From Pavona decussata (Eukaryota): a stretch of DNA of 64,000 nt. The translations under genes were made by a program, and so were the position numbers. The stretch covers positions 2,604,001 to 2,668,000 of the forward strand of contig CDRNST010000025.1 in the NCBI GenBank assembly GCA_977016875.1, read 5' to 3'. Below are positions 1 through 13,500 of the stretch, in pieces. The notes below the pieces were generated by a model. The model searched no databases. It saw only the letters and a program-made list of their open reading frames with translations, and was not told the DNA's origin. Each line of letters opens with the position of its first letter. Position 1 is the first letter of the stretch.

Positions 1-778
1 TAAATTATTTATCTTGGTGATACCGACGTCATACCACTTTTTTATTTTTTATTATTTTTTTTTTTTATAAAAAAACAGTTTTTTTTCCTACTAGAATTTT
101 CCTATTATTCCACAGTATTTCGTTTTTAGGATTAGTTTTGGAATCGATGCCCGTTGAGGGAAGCTTATCATCAAGGTTTAGTATATCTGTTGTAAAGTTG
201 CATTTTGTTAGAAAGACGAGACCACCATATTTGTGCAAGAGCTGGTTAGTTTGTATCGTTTCATATTTTGTGTAATGAAACAAAGAAGTGTTAGCTAAAT
301 TCAGTACTCTCTATTCACAACTTTCTTTTGAGACATTATGATCATGTCACAAACTCGGACTTCTTGCTTTATCAGGTGTTTCAAACACCTGGAAACAATA
401 AAAGCGCTTAGCCTGCGGCCTCATGCTTTCATCTGTTTCTCGGTTTCTGGAACCCCTGATTATGATAAAGCACCTGAAGTCGCTTTTGAAAGTACCTGAA
501 ATTCAGCTCGCGTCAGCCATTCATAATTTAGAAATTTTTCAGCGAGTAGTATAATATCTCTGAAACGGACCTAGATATAAATGAGATTGACGTATAAACT
601 CAACTTGCTGTGTAGCACATTACTAACAGGATGCACTGCGGGTGTGCATATTTCTCAGCGTATATTACTCATCAGTAAACATGCAAGAACGTTTCCTTGG
701 TGTTTTTAGATGTCAAAAAGGCCGCGAAAGAGCGTCTCAAAAGGACCTTCTTATTGATGTTGTTTTGATTTTTGACAG

Positions 779-1562
779 GAATCTAGACATTCCAAGTTGT
801 GGAAAGACATGGAAGAAACAGGCGTCCTTAGTATGCAACTTGTTGAACACGTATTTTCGAAGTATTCTCAGCAAGGCGTACCCAAGGAGGACATTTTGAA
901 TATGATGGAGCATTTCGGATTGATAGTCAAGTTTGCGAGGTCTCCAAGTGATATACTCTACTTTGTACCAGCGCAACTGAAGACGCCACCTAAAGCCCTT
1001 CGAAAAATGGAACCTTCGTTGTCCGACCCATGTCCACTGTATCTTCACTTTTTGGAGGGTTTTGTTCCTCATGGCCTCTTCTTTCAGCTGGGGTCAAGGT
1101 GTTCTCGACGGTGCCCCGCTAATAGATTCACGCAGCCTCCGAAATTTTATGAGGGAGCTGCGACGTTCTTTCTCGAAAAAAAGTTCAGGTACCAACTGAC
1201 TCTTTTGTGCAAGAAAAGGTTCATCAAGGTTGTCCTGAAAAACCAGACAAAGCAAGACGATCAACTCTCTCGGACTGAAAAAAAAGAGGTAGCAAGTTTG
1301 GTGCGATCGTTTCTAGAAGGTGAATTAGAAAATATGAAACAAGAGCTGCCGTGGTTGAACAATTTAAAGTATGAATTGTGTGTAGAGTGTCCTTGCTGTC
1401 CGGAGGAAGAAACCAAATGTGGAAACCACAGTCAAGTCTTTTGTGCACATGAAGACTGCATAAGCCTTGTCAAAGTTATGCCTAGAGGGAGTTTAAGCTG
1501 TTGCTCAATTTGTTGTCAAACACCGAGCCTCCCCAGACTGGAAAAGTGGTTCTCGGCAAAAG
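779..1562 (+). CDS. Copy A exon: C-terminal part of COR domain plus Cys/His-rich segment
   Basis: ORF 797-1585 with ILNMMEHFGLI, YFVPAQL and VPHGLFFQL motifs typical of COR. Acceptor ttgacag, donor aaag|gtgaag. The paralogous exon follows the Roc exons in copies B and C. Confidence 0.85.
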
Positions 1563-4500
1563 GTGAAGGCGATGTGTCCTATTAATGCTTAAAATAAGAT
1601 GAGCTCTAGGTCAGGTATTGAAATGATTAAATGACAGGTTACTGCCAATCAGTTGAAAGGTACCAGGAAAAGAGCTATCTTCCCAGTGCTCCTACTTGTT
1701 ATAATTAATAACAAGAACCGTTATCAACGAAACTGACAGGTTCATGCGTACGTCCGCTGTGAGTCGTATATTTGCGAGAACAAGCAATACATTTAATCTT
1801 GATTGTGATGAATTAGGTATCCCTAAGTCTTATGAAGTTCCCAAAGTGCACTACTCTTTGACATTGTCCGGCGCATGAATACTGATAATTAAGAAATCAG
1901 AGCTTAACGCAAGGTTGATGGCCATAGCAACCAATTTGACAGGGAGCAGGGTACAACGGTGAGGTTTCAGATTCAACAATGATTTCTTTCCCTCCTGGGC
2001 AAACCAGCAAAGGCTTGTTATCCTATTCTCATCATCTCACTTCGTCCTACCTCAATTTACCTTACCTTATCTCTTAACATCTAATCATATACCATCTTAC
2101 CTCAACTCATCTTATCTTATCTTTTATTGTCATCTTATTTCTTCTATCCTCACCACGCACACATCATCTCATCTCTTAACCATTCGTCACAACTCGCCTC
2201 TTTTCATCTCATGACAAGCCATGTCGTAAAACATGTTATGTCATGTCATGTTATCTCATTTCGCCCTTTCTGTAGCTGTCCATCCTGAGAATCGCCCTGG
2301 AGCTGAGGATTTATGCAACGCGAAAGCCCGAGGAACTGATAGACTGTCAGCTAGCTGCGGATCGGATCAGTTTGCTAGAGAGGAAGGGTGTTCACCGAGA
2401 ACAACTCAGGTAGAGTGAGATGGCCAACATTTTTGACAAAGAAACAAAACATACTTCGAGTTAAATGTATAAGCAATGAACGATACTACACAGACTTTCA
2501 CTTGACCTCCGAAATTATGTGCATTCACCTAAATTAGAAAAGTTTGTCATAAGACTAACGCTCTTAACTAGTATTCTGGAGAATTTAATTGTGGAACAAC
2601 TTATGTTTAGTTTGAACTGTTAAAAATTTAAGCTACATCATTATTTTCCCTTGTCAAACACGATGGTACGGAAAGAACCATTACGACTTTAATATGTAAA
2701 CTCTTAGAGTACAATTTTGAAGAGCTGAATATAAATATTTGAGAGTATGCGCAATTTTTCAAGTATAGAAATTTAAGCATTTCACACGCACAAATAGAAA
2801 ATGCCAGGTAGATCTTTACATAATTCTATAAGGTAGCATCATTTATGGCTTCTACTTTGCACCCCACAGCGTTTTCTCAATCGGAATGTGTATCTTTCAT
2901 GTCATGAACTCCTTCATCTTTATGTAAAACGTATCTCAATCGTGTTAAATTTAAATTGTGACGGAGATTAAGCTATGCAGTTTGTAAATGACAGTTAAAA
3001 TAGGAAATGTGGACAGATCACTTCTCAACCGTTTGACGACTGTTCATTTAAGAAACCAGATTCCAACTTTGTGATAAAAGTGTGTGAAAATCTAGATGAA
3101 GTTCTGTTCACTTATCATCGGCCGCCAAAAGGTTAGAGATTTTGTTTTCTTTTTGTTTTTTTAGATTAAACTATGTCTCATTCAAAATAATAGATCTTCA
3201 AAAGAAGTCAACCATGATTCTCTTTCAGGAGGTACATCCTGCTTCTGCTGGTAAATTACACAGTGAACCTGGGCAATCTTGTGCCTCTCTTAAAGTTTCT
3301 CTTTTGGCTAGTGAATGGAGGTCGTCCAAGGGTGGCGTGTCTACCATTAACAGAAAGCTTGCTATACACTTGGCAGAACAATCAACAGTAGAAGTCACTC
3401 TCCTAGTTCCTCAAAACGTCTGCAGTAAAGAAGACATGAAAAAGGCTGAAAGTTGCAAAGTTGATATCGTTGAAGTACAGTGTCGCACAGGCTTTAATCC
3501 CCTCGATTGTTTGATATCCCCACCAAAGGATCTTGCCATTGATGTTTTAGTGGGTCATGGGGTTACACTGGGTAAGCAAGCCCAATTCATTAAGGAATCT
3601 CATGGTTGTAAATGGGTGCAGGTAGTGCATACTGAACCTGAAGAACTTGGACCGTACAAGAAATACAGTGGAGCCATTGCCAGAGCTGAAGAGAAGAACA
3701 AAGATGAAGTAGACCTGTGCAAAAAGGCTGATCTTGTAGTTACAGTTGGGCCGAAGCTGCAGGCAGCCTTTTCATCCCAGCTGCGCTCGACTGAGAAGCA
3801 CCACTCTATTTTTCAGCTGACCCCAGGAACGTTCCGTGAATTTTCAGATATTAAACAAGTGGAGAATGAGATCAGCAGATTTAAGGTGTTGACCTTTGGC
3901 CGCAGTGATCCTGAAGACTTCGAGCTTAAGGGATACGATATTGCTGCCAAGGCAATAGCTCATTTGGCAGATAGCTCTTATCGTCTGATCTTTGTAGGTG
4001 CATCTGATGGCAAGCAAGACAAAGTCACTGCAAAACTACTGCAGTACGGAATTTCGAAAACTCAGCTGATCGTGAGGAGGTATGCACAGAGTGTAGAAGA
4101 ATTGAAAGAGGTCTTGCGTGAAGCCGATCTTGCGATCATGCCATCCAGAACAGAGGGTTTTGGTCTAACTGCTCTGGAAGCCCTGTCTGCTGGTCTTCCC
4201 ATTCTCGTGAGTTCCAACTCGGGTTTAGGAGAGACGTTGCTTAGTCTGCCACTTGGCAAGTCGTTTGTGGTAGCATCAGAGGATCCAAAGGAATGGGCGA
4301 ACAAAATTGCTGTTGCTCGTCGGAAGCAAAGGAAACAGCGGCTTAAAGAAATGCAAGCTCTGCGGACAAGCTATGAAGAGAAATTCAGCTGGGAGGAGCA
4401 GTGTAAAGTACTGTTGGATAGGATGCGGAAGATAGCTCATGGTGAGAATGATTTAAGACATAAGTACATTGAAATAAAGATCTCATGCTAAGGCGACAAT

Positions 4501-7500
4501 AGAGATAATAAATAATTAGACCGTTACAAAACGTCAAGTGCTTGTTTGATACAAATTGAAGCCACGAATGATAAGGTATTTGTATCAGACAGTCCCAGCA
4601 CCTCATAATGGAATCGGTATCAGTCAGTACTTGGCATTTTATAACGGTTATCTTGTTATCTGACTTGAGATCAGTATATTAATACATTTTATCTTAAAAA
4701 GTCACCTGTATATATGGGAATTATTTAAAGTTTCAATCGGTGAATGGGATTTCGAAATTTTGTAGAGATGTATTAAGAAGTGTAGGAACTTGTTCCCGCA
4801 CGAACATCGATGCCTTGTCTTCATTTCACAGCTTCTTTCTTTTTTTATAGCAAGGTCTACTATCCTTTCAGATTAATTAATAGTATCCTTCCCTTAATAG
4901 AAGATGCCTTATATACCACGAATCTCTAGGGATAAAGTTATCAGGCTGGACAACAAACCATTTACTCAAATAGGAAAAGATCCTCGCAGTTAGTACCCAA
5001 CTTAAGCAGTTGCGAAAAGAAAGCCTGAAAAAAAAAATAGTATATTACAGACTCATAATATGGACTCACAATATGACCACCTCCCAGTTGGCTTGATAGT
5101 TCAGTTGGTAGAGCACTGCACTGGCAGCGCAGAGGTCATGGGTTCGAATCCTGTTCAAGCCTAAACTTTTTTTCAGGCTTTCTTTTCGCAACTGCTTAAG
5201 TTGCGTACTAGCTGCGAGGATCTTTGTTCTATTTGATCTTTCATCCGCAGTTGAAAATATATGTTTCATATATTTACTTTCGTTGAACCATTTACTGACG
5301 TGCTCTCAGAACCCGTTCACTGTGAATCAAGCCAGCATATCTGTTGGATTCCCGGGGGAGGGGGTATAGTTATTTATTTATTTATTTGTTTATTTATTTG
5401 GTCGTTGTTCTCGACTAACGTGGAGATAGCGCTACCAATTCATCGCTGAAAGACCCTTTTCTGTTAGAAATCTAGATCTGGGTACTCAATGTTAAGAAGG
5501 CTTACTGATATCATACTTGCCATATTTGTTCTGAAAATCTTCGCGATATAGATATCCACCTTATAATTTGTATAGGTTTGATTTACACTGCATTGATAGT
5601 GACGGAGAGACTCTAGAGAAATCGTAAAAATATTGATTTTTGAATTGTTGCCCAGTAACGGCCTCTTTTGGTTTACCGCAGAAATCCCGCGTTAAAAAAA
5701 ATCGAGTCTCTCCTGGCGACCAACCGCTGGTCAAAAACCTTTAGCCTAATCATAAGTCCTATGAGTCTCGAACCTTCTCTGTCTGCTCTCGAACTTTGGA
5801 ACAGTTTGCCAGATAGCATTCGTTCATACGCTAATCTAAATACTTTTAAATCTTATTTTTTTAAAAAAGCCTCAAATTTTTGAGGATTTATGTTTGTTTA
5901 AATGTTAATTTAGTTAACTCTTGCGTTTTGTTAAGCGCCTAGAGCAGGATTGGATAGGTGCTATTTAAATTATTATACAGTGTAAAATGCGAGAATACTA
6001 ACCATGAACTACATAGGGCGCACAACGTAGACTATGTGGCCTTTAGATGAACTAAACTGCTCTGTTAAAACTATTTCATACTTAAAAATACTTAAATAAC
6101 TTTGTGACAAAATGATGACGGTGATGTAAAACAGCCACCATTTTGCTTCTTCGTACAAAAGCAGTTAGCACTTGTTTCCATGTCTGTTTTAAGAAGTAGT
6201 TGTTAGGGTATTCCTGCGCACCATCCTGTGGTGAAGTAATAAATAATGTACCTTTCCAACATCTGGGCACTTAGCACGGTCTACTCGTTCTAGTTATACC
6301 AGTCTGCAATTGGCGACTTATTACCAATTTTGCTAATTATGTGAATTCCTGGAAAATACCTGACCGTCTCTATCGAGGACAATGTCATGTTTACATGTCA
6401 ATTTGTTCGTGCTTTCGACAGCCGCAGCTACGGCCTTGCTAAATTTGAGTGAAGAAAATGCGGTCAGACAAAAGCGAAATTACATATGCACTCAAATCGT
6501 TATTTAGGACAAGCAATATAGTAATTTTGTGGATCAGGGCCAAGATTCAGAACTTATGAGATCGTACACACGCTCCCGACCCGTGAAACATGCCAGTCCG
6601 ATTAACTTCTAGAAAATTGATGAAACATTTAAGAAACCGTGAACGTTCTAGAGTTTATATTAATAGAATTCTTAAGGCATTTCCAAGGAGAAATTTGAAA
6701 CAAAAAGTGAAGAAAATTTTGATAAATTCCGTTCCTTCATCATCTAACTTTTCCCAAATGAACATGACAACCTCGTGTTTTTCTTGAATGAATTTTTATA
6801 CGACACTAAATGATATATCGAAATTTGGACAATATTTTTCGTCAGTCAGTTTTGAAATATTCTCATGGATTCACTATTAAAATGGATTTCTTGGTAATTC
6901 ATTGGAAACGAACAGACGTCCATAATACGCCCACTTTTTTTGTCAGTGTAATTTTTTGTACACCTCTAAGCCATTGCACTGTCACGTTGTGGTATTGCAA
7001 GAACAATCACTAATATTTCATTGATAACAATAGTTTTGTAGAAGTATTGGGTGACTAATCTCTCACAGCTACAATTTTTAATACTGATGTCACACACTCC
7101 ACAGACCTAAAGTATCAACACAAGTTGCCAAAAAATATTGATTTATCATGCTGCTAAGGGGTCGACAGACTAAATACGCATGTTTCAGTTTTAATTAAGA
7201 GAAAACGTTATTTATTGTTTAATACAGGTACTTCAGATGATGATTTGAATGAAGATAGCAGGGCTCCTACTAAATCCAAGGAGGGTTTGTCACACAAAGG
7301 GAAAAGGCACACAGAAGATACAGGTAAGAGCGTCTGAATCTTTGTTGCTTTTGTGAGATGATACTCATTATTAAAACTGTTTACGTGGTTTGATGGTGCA
7401 ATATCACGCACTTAAAACAGAAAATGTTACTTAAGAATATCTTACTTTCACGTGCACTTAATTGTTAGAAGTTCGTTATTAGAAGACTAATTTTCCGGAC

Positions 7501-10500
7501 TACATCTCTAACAAAGAATTATGGACTTTGCTTGCGGAAAAGTAGGTACCTCAAAAGAACTGCTGATTGGTAAGATTACAGGACAAAGGTTTGAGAACTC
7601 CCGTAATGTACCATCACACGTGTACATCCCCAATGTCCATCTAGAATAAATTAAAATGAGAGCTTTTGTTTGAGAACCTTATGCTGGCTTGTACTGTAAA
7701 AAACCATTACATAAGATAAACAGCTAAATATCAAGCAGTGAAAGCGAAAAACAAGTAAAATATCGAGCGATGAAACATACACTACATTTGATGATGCGAC
7801 CGAGAATGTTCACTTCCTGCGTCCAGATCCAAGTTGATCAAATATTCATTACGAAACTACAAAGCTATTTTTACTACCTTATTAAATATTCTATTTCAAT
7901 GCAAAGCTATTGAAGCGCGCTTGTAAAGACTGGTTCTTAAATATAATTTCCAAAGTGAAAAGCGAAAGCTCTCGGAACAAAAACTGTCGTCTGAAAAATG
8001 CACTTTTTTATCGGCGACATTTCCATCCGTCTATCCAAATGATCCCATAATCCATCACTCGTTCCAGTCTTCCCGTAGTTTCAGGAGTGGGAAATTATTA
8101 GTTCTTTTCTGTTAAAAGAAGATGTTGACTTCCTAGTTCTATTTCATATATTTTAAGAAAATAGGACTATTGGTGATATATTCAATTTTCAAGAATTTGT
8201 GTCTTTTTGGAAATATTCTCATAGGTTTAATTTTAAAATGTGTTTTTTGGCGCTTTAGTTGAAGGGTACACTTTGAAACTGCCATATTTTGGGCGCCTTT
8301 AAGGCATTTTGCTGTCACGTTATTGCGTTATTACAAGAATAATAAGTCGTATTTCATTGACAGGATTAGCTTTTTGAAAATAGTGGGTGATGTCACAAAT
8401 TAGCAAAAGTATTACTTTATACAGCCTTGTTGACGTTACAGTAAGCACGCCCTTCCTTACTTTCTTTTCTTAAAATGCCACATGCAATAACGAATTGTGC
8501 AAAGTTTCTGAAAAAATTTCATTACAGCTTCTTTTTTGGCTGGAATTACCTTAGTATCACCTATAATCGATTTACTCTATTGATAAAGGGATTGACAGAT
8601 TTAAACGCGTGTTTAACGCTCAAACATTCGTTTAACGGGCTTATTTTTTTTTGTAGTTTAGTTCAATGAAAAATCAAAAGTTCAATAACCACACAATCAG
8701 TTCAAAAAAGACACTTCATTTCAGTGACAGTAGACCTGAATTGTAAGAATAACTATAGGTTTTTTTATTATTATTATTTCATTTGGACAGGTAGGAGGAG
8801 AGGGGAGAGGGTTTTACGGGGTCAATGAAAAATCAAAAGTTTAATAGCCACACTACCAGTTCAAAAACCACACGTCAGTTCACTGACAGTCGACCTCAAT
8901 TGTAAGAATAACTATAGGAGAAGTGTTTTTTATTCCATTTGGACAGGAAGGAAGAGAGGATAGAGGATTTTACGGGGGCAAGGTCCATATTTAGAGCAGG
9001 CAGAAAGTACGAATAAAAAAAATAGTACCTATACATTCACAAATAATGGTAACGGGCTTACACTGACGTATTTAAAAATCTATTGTCCATTTATCCATTG
9101 TTTTTCATTGTAATCATATTTAGCATCAGCTGTCAAATAATGTAGCTTTCTCTTGTACTTAGCTCCTCTTTATGTTCTTTCGTCTTGCTTGTGCGTCAGA
9201 TCAATGGACCGAGAAAAACAAGTCTTCCTCTGTAGCATGACAGCCATAGGTATTAGAACATGAAGAAACTTCTTCGTGCTGTTTTAATACAGATTTTATT
9301 GTTTATAACATGTTTATGCCCATGGATAGCAAGAAGAACTGGGCAAACGGAGCTGAGGAACAACTGAAACAACCAGAACCGCAAACAAACGAACAAGCGG
9401 GTGAGCGAAGGGACAGCCGAATGACCGAGTTAATGATCAAACTTTCCACGGGGCGTTCACCGACGAAATCAAACGAACGAAAAACCGAGTCAGGAACGAA
9501 CTCGCGAAACTAGATGAACGACCGAGTGGACAACCCTTTTGTTTGCAGTCATAAGCGCTTTTAACGTTGCATTAAAATATTAGAAAATCGATCCTTATAA
9601 GCGCTTATGACTGCAAACAAAAGATAATACTTTATTGAACACTCCCCAGAGGGGCTTTTCGGTGATCAATACATCATGTTTAAAATGATGTGTTATAACC
9701 ACGTGAAGCTTCAGAACATTTAGAAGGACTAATACGGTTTTTTCTTACTCTTCAGCGAAGCAAAGTTTACGTGATGTCGAGCAACTGCAATGTTATCCTA
9801 GAAACGCCACCAGGATGACTGACGTATCAAGGAGGTTGGACGAGATTGCTTCAGACAAAGGCTTCACAGTTTCTGACAATGAGGGATTAGGAAATTGCAT
9901 GTTCTACGCATTGTCAGAACAACTTAGCCTTGTGAAAGGAATTCAAATCTCTCATAACGTTTTGAGGCAGCACACAGTCCAGTATCTCGAAAGGAACCCT
10001 ACACTAGTAAGTAGCTGAGAGTGAAGGAGCTTGGAACACGACGACTTTCTAACCCTCACTTTCAGGAAACTGACTGTCAATTCATGTCCAAAATGTAACA
10101 TAAATGAAATATAGATTATAAAACAAAGTCATCGAAAGTAGGATTCCAGCTCAATTCATCGTTTATTTTGCAGGAATAATGAATTGGACAGCATATTTTA
10201 TTCCAAACACTAGACATTAATAGAGCCTCTGAGAGTACTTACTGTTCATTAAATTGGTGCACTGAGGTCTGACGAAGGGTTATTGGAGCTAAACTGAAAT
10301 TTTGTCAGAATATATATTCAGAGCATCTCACCTTCATTCTTACAGAAATTAGTGAGATTGAACTTCTGATCATCTTCGGAAGGAAGTTTTCACGATCAAC
10401 CTTAAGAAATGGTCAAAAAGTAGAAACAAATTCCTTGCTAAACATTGCCTTCCTCCTTATGAGCTAACATGCGCTCCAGCCGAATATCATGCCAGCCTCA

Positions 10501-13500
10501 TTCCCATGGTCTCTCCTCTTTCCGTCCAGGAGAGACCCTGGGAACGAGGTTGAAATCATGCTTATTCTTATTATTTTCATCTGTTCAGTCAGATGGGACG
10601 AAATTGTTCAATTTTGTTCACGGGTGTCAGTCTTGGTCTGATTATCTAACAAAGATGTCAGCAGATGGGACGTGGGGTGATCACGTGATTCTCCATGCTG
10701 TAGCAAACTGCTATGAAATATGCATTCATGTGATTAGCAGTCTGTCACCCAGTCATGACGTAATCATCAGCCCAGAACAAAGTCGTGATGTTGAAAGCAG
10801 CAACTGGCTTGTGCTGGGGCACTTACACGAGCACCACTATGTCAGTCTTCAACCCAAACGAGGTGAATAAGCTGTCACAGTTTAACTTTGAAAAATAGGT
10901 ATTGGCAGATAAAAGCTAGTCGGTTTGACCTACGAGAAGATAACCAGAGCCAAACTGAACGATAAATTGAGTAAAGTTAATGCGAGCCAATTCATATCTA
11001 GTTTTTGTTACTTGTATCATCCGCATAGAATTTCGATTAGTTTACACTGTAAAATATTTCGAGGGTTCTTTTAATTTTAGGCATTTCTACAAAAATTTAT
11101 GGATGCCAACTTTTAAAATGGTTATACAAGCAGTCAACTCCTGCTAAAACAGAGGCTTTCAGGACCACGATTTAGTGCGGTGCGTAATATTACCAATTCA
11201 TCCTCGCAGGGTCTTCATTCCTATCCACAATAACAGGATGTCTGTAATGCAAAGGTGTTCGTAAGAGAGAACTTAACTGTATTTTATTACAGTTGAATGG
11301 TTTGATACGTGGTTAAAAGGGGTGTGAGTGATAGTTTGCTAAAAAAATTCGACGCGCTCTAAATAAGCTTTTTCTTTTACAGTTTGTTATTTTCATGTTT
11401 AATCTAAATGTCTAAATAAGTAAACTAAGGCTATCACTTAATATGCTACGTAGAACGTAGTATTAATTGGCAAAGACGACACCTTCTGGGGGTACTGAAA
11501 ATTAACCAAGGTCTCTGTCTTGCTTATGTAGGATGAACAGTATGTCGAACAGTATGAAATTCGCAGTTTGAGTGTTGTAGCGAAGGTTGTGAGAAGAGTA
11601 TGGAAGTATGAATGACGTCATTGAGAGTTGTTACCTGCGCACGTGATCAGAGTCTTGAGTTCACTCGGAGTGACTGGTCAATAAAGTTTAGCAAACTGTT
11701 TTGGCGAGTAGCGGACAAACACAGGGAAACTTTTGCAGCAAAGCAAAATTTGTCCGATGAAAAAATTCCTTCGCCGACCGTTGCAAGTGACCTCAACCAG
11801 GTTAAAAAAGCTAGATCTTTGTTGTGATGTGAAAAGGAAGAAACTATTAGTCCAAACGTGTTGTCCATAGAAATCCTGTAATGGTAAGTAATCGACTACA
11901 ACTAGCAGTGAAGCGACAGACATCCTTTCACATTTTGAGATCAGAAAATTCCATCGTCTTGTTATTCGTGAACGGCTCGTAGCGTAGCGTACTCTCTTCT
12001 CTTCTTTCTTTCTCGCAGGATAGCATGGAAGGACGAAGATGTTAAGGAATTTTTCATACAACTCTTTTTCTGTGAACGCTGTCTCCATTATCTCAAACCA
12101 CTGACCACTTCGTGTCAGTGTCGAAAACCGTAGTTCAACAGAAGTACAAGCGAGAACTGATGCAATAAATAACAACCTGTACCTCCGCCTTTTCTATTCT
12201 TCTGTAAAGCAGACGAGAGAAAGGTCGATTTCAGAACTTCCTGCTGAAACACAAGCGCTCTTCTTATGAGAAGAAATTCTGAGAACTTTTCGTCCGCGAT
12301 GTTTTTACAGAGGAAGCAGCATGCGCACTAGGCAAGAATCGAGTACGGATCAGTACGCTGGCCGAGATGTTGAGCCGTTTACACGTACCAAATCATAATT
12401 GCGCATCGTTTGGCACGGTAGAAAAAAGGATGCGTAAATTAATAATCAGTAATATGTTTTTGGTACGCGTACCACATTCACCCGAGCCGTGCCAAACATT
12501 TTCTGTCGTGTAAATGGGACTTTAACTCCTACCGTGCAATCTATCAGAGGGAAGCTTCTAAGCAGTGCTTTGCGGTGCTAGGTTTCTTATCCTTTGCAAG
12601 GCGCATAGGCATAGCGGTTTGGTATTTGGCTGAAATCCTGTTCATACTCAAATGAAAGATATAGGGTGGTACTTCAGTGGATGTTTTTTGTTTGTTTGTT
12701 TGTTTGTTTGTTTTTTTATGTAATGGCTCCAATGAAAAGTCTTGCATGAAGTACCAAGATTGGGACCATATTAGAACTATAAAACTGCTGAGCGCTACTT
12801 TCCCTTTCAACTGAGAGGTTCTAAAATTAAAGATTAGTAAAACCTTCCTTAAAAGGGGCATCTAGAAGTTCATGCATATCAGAACGATGGAATGGTAATA
12901 TTTGAATCAAACACTTACAGGTAGTTCTGGAGATGAAGATATGCCAACGCCAACATCCAAAAGAGGGTCATCATGTCCCAGTCCTGGTCAGTGCTCCAAG
13001 CGAATCAGACTTCTGGGCAACACAGGTAATAAGTTCAGAAGCTTTATGCAGATGTAGAACGTCACTGTCAGACGAAATTGAATGTTTGGGTTTTAAATTG
13101 CATTTTATTGACATGACCACCACATATACAACTATCACATTCTAAATTTTGTATATCAAGTTTTTGAAAGTTTGTATTAGTTGTATATATGTTACCAAAT
13201 CTATTGATGATTTTCAACGTCCACTCCGCCATTAATGCCTTTCTGTCTTCCAACAAATCTCCAAATATACAGATTTCTCTGCAAATCAACGATACGAAAA
13301 GGAATAAAAATAGACTGACGAGCCTTTTGCCTTCGTAGGTTTAGCGAAAGAAGGATGTCCGTCTGATGATGAACTAGAACGTCTATCAATGAATGTAGAG
13401 GAATGGAGGCCGCTTGGGCGTCGACTGGATTTTAACAATGCACAGCTGACTGGGTTTGATAAAGACACTGAATTATGGCGTGAGAAAGCCTTTGCCATGC

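Noticed and set aside
3142-4491. Stand-alone or contaminant bacterial glycosyltransferase gene
   Set aside because: It is bounded by conserved splice sites in phase with neighbouring exons in two copies, and the ORF start lies in an intron polypyrimidine tract.
5090-5162. Functional tRNA gene
   Set aside because: Mismatched anticodon stem, an atypical GGC anticodon for a eukaryote, embedded in a repeat and absent from the paralogous intron.
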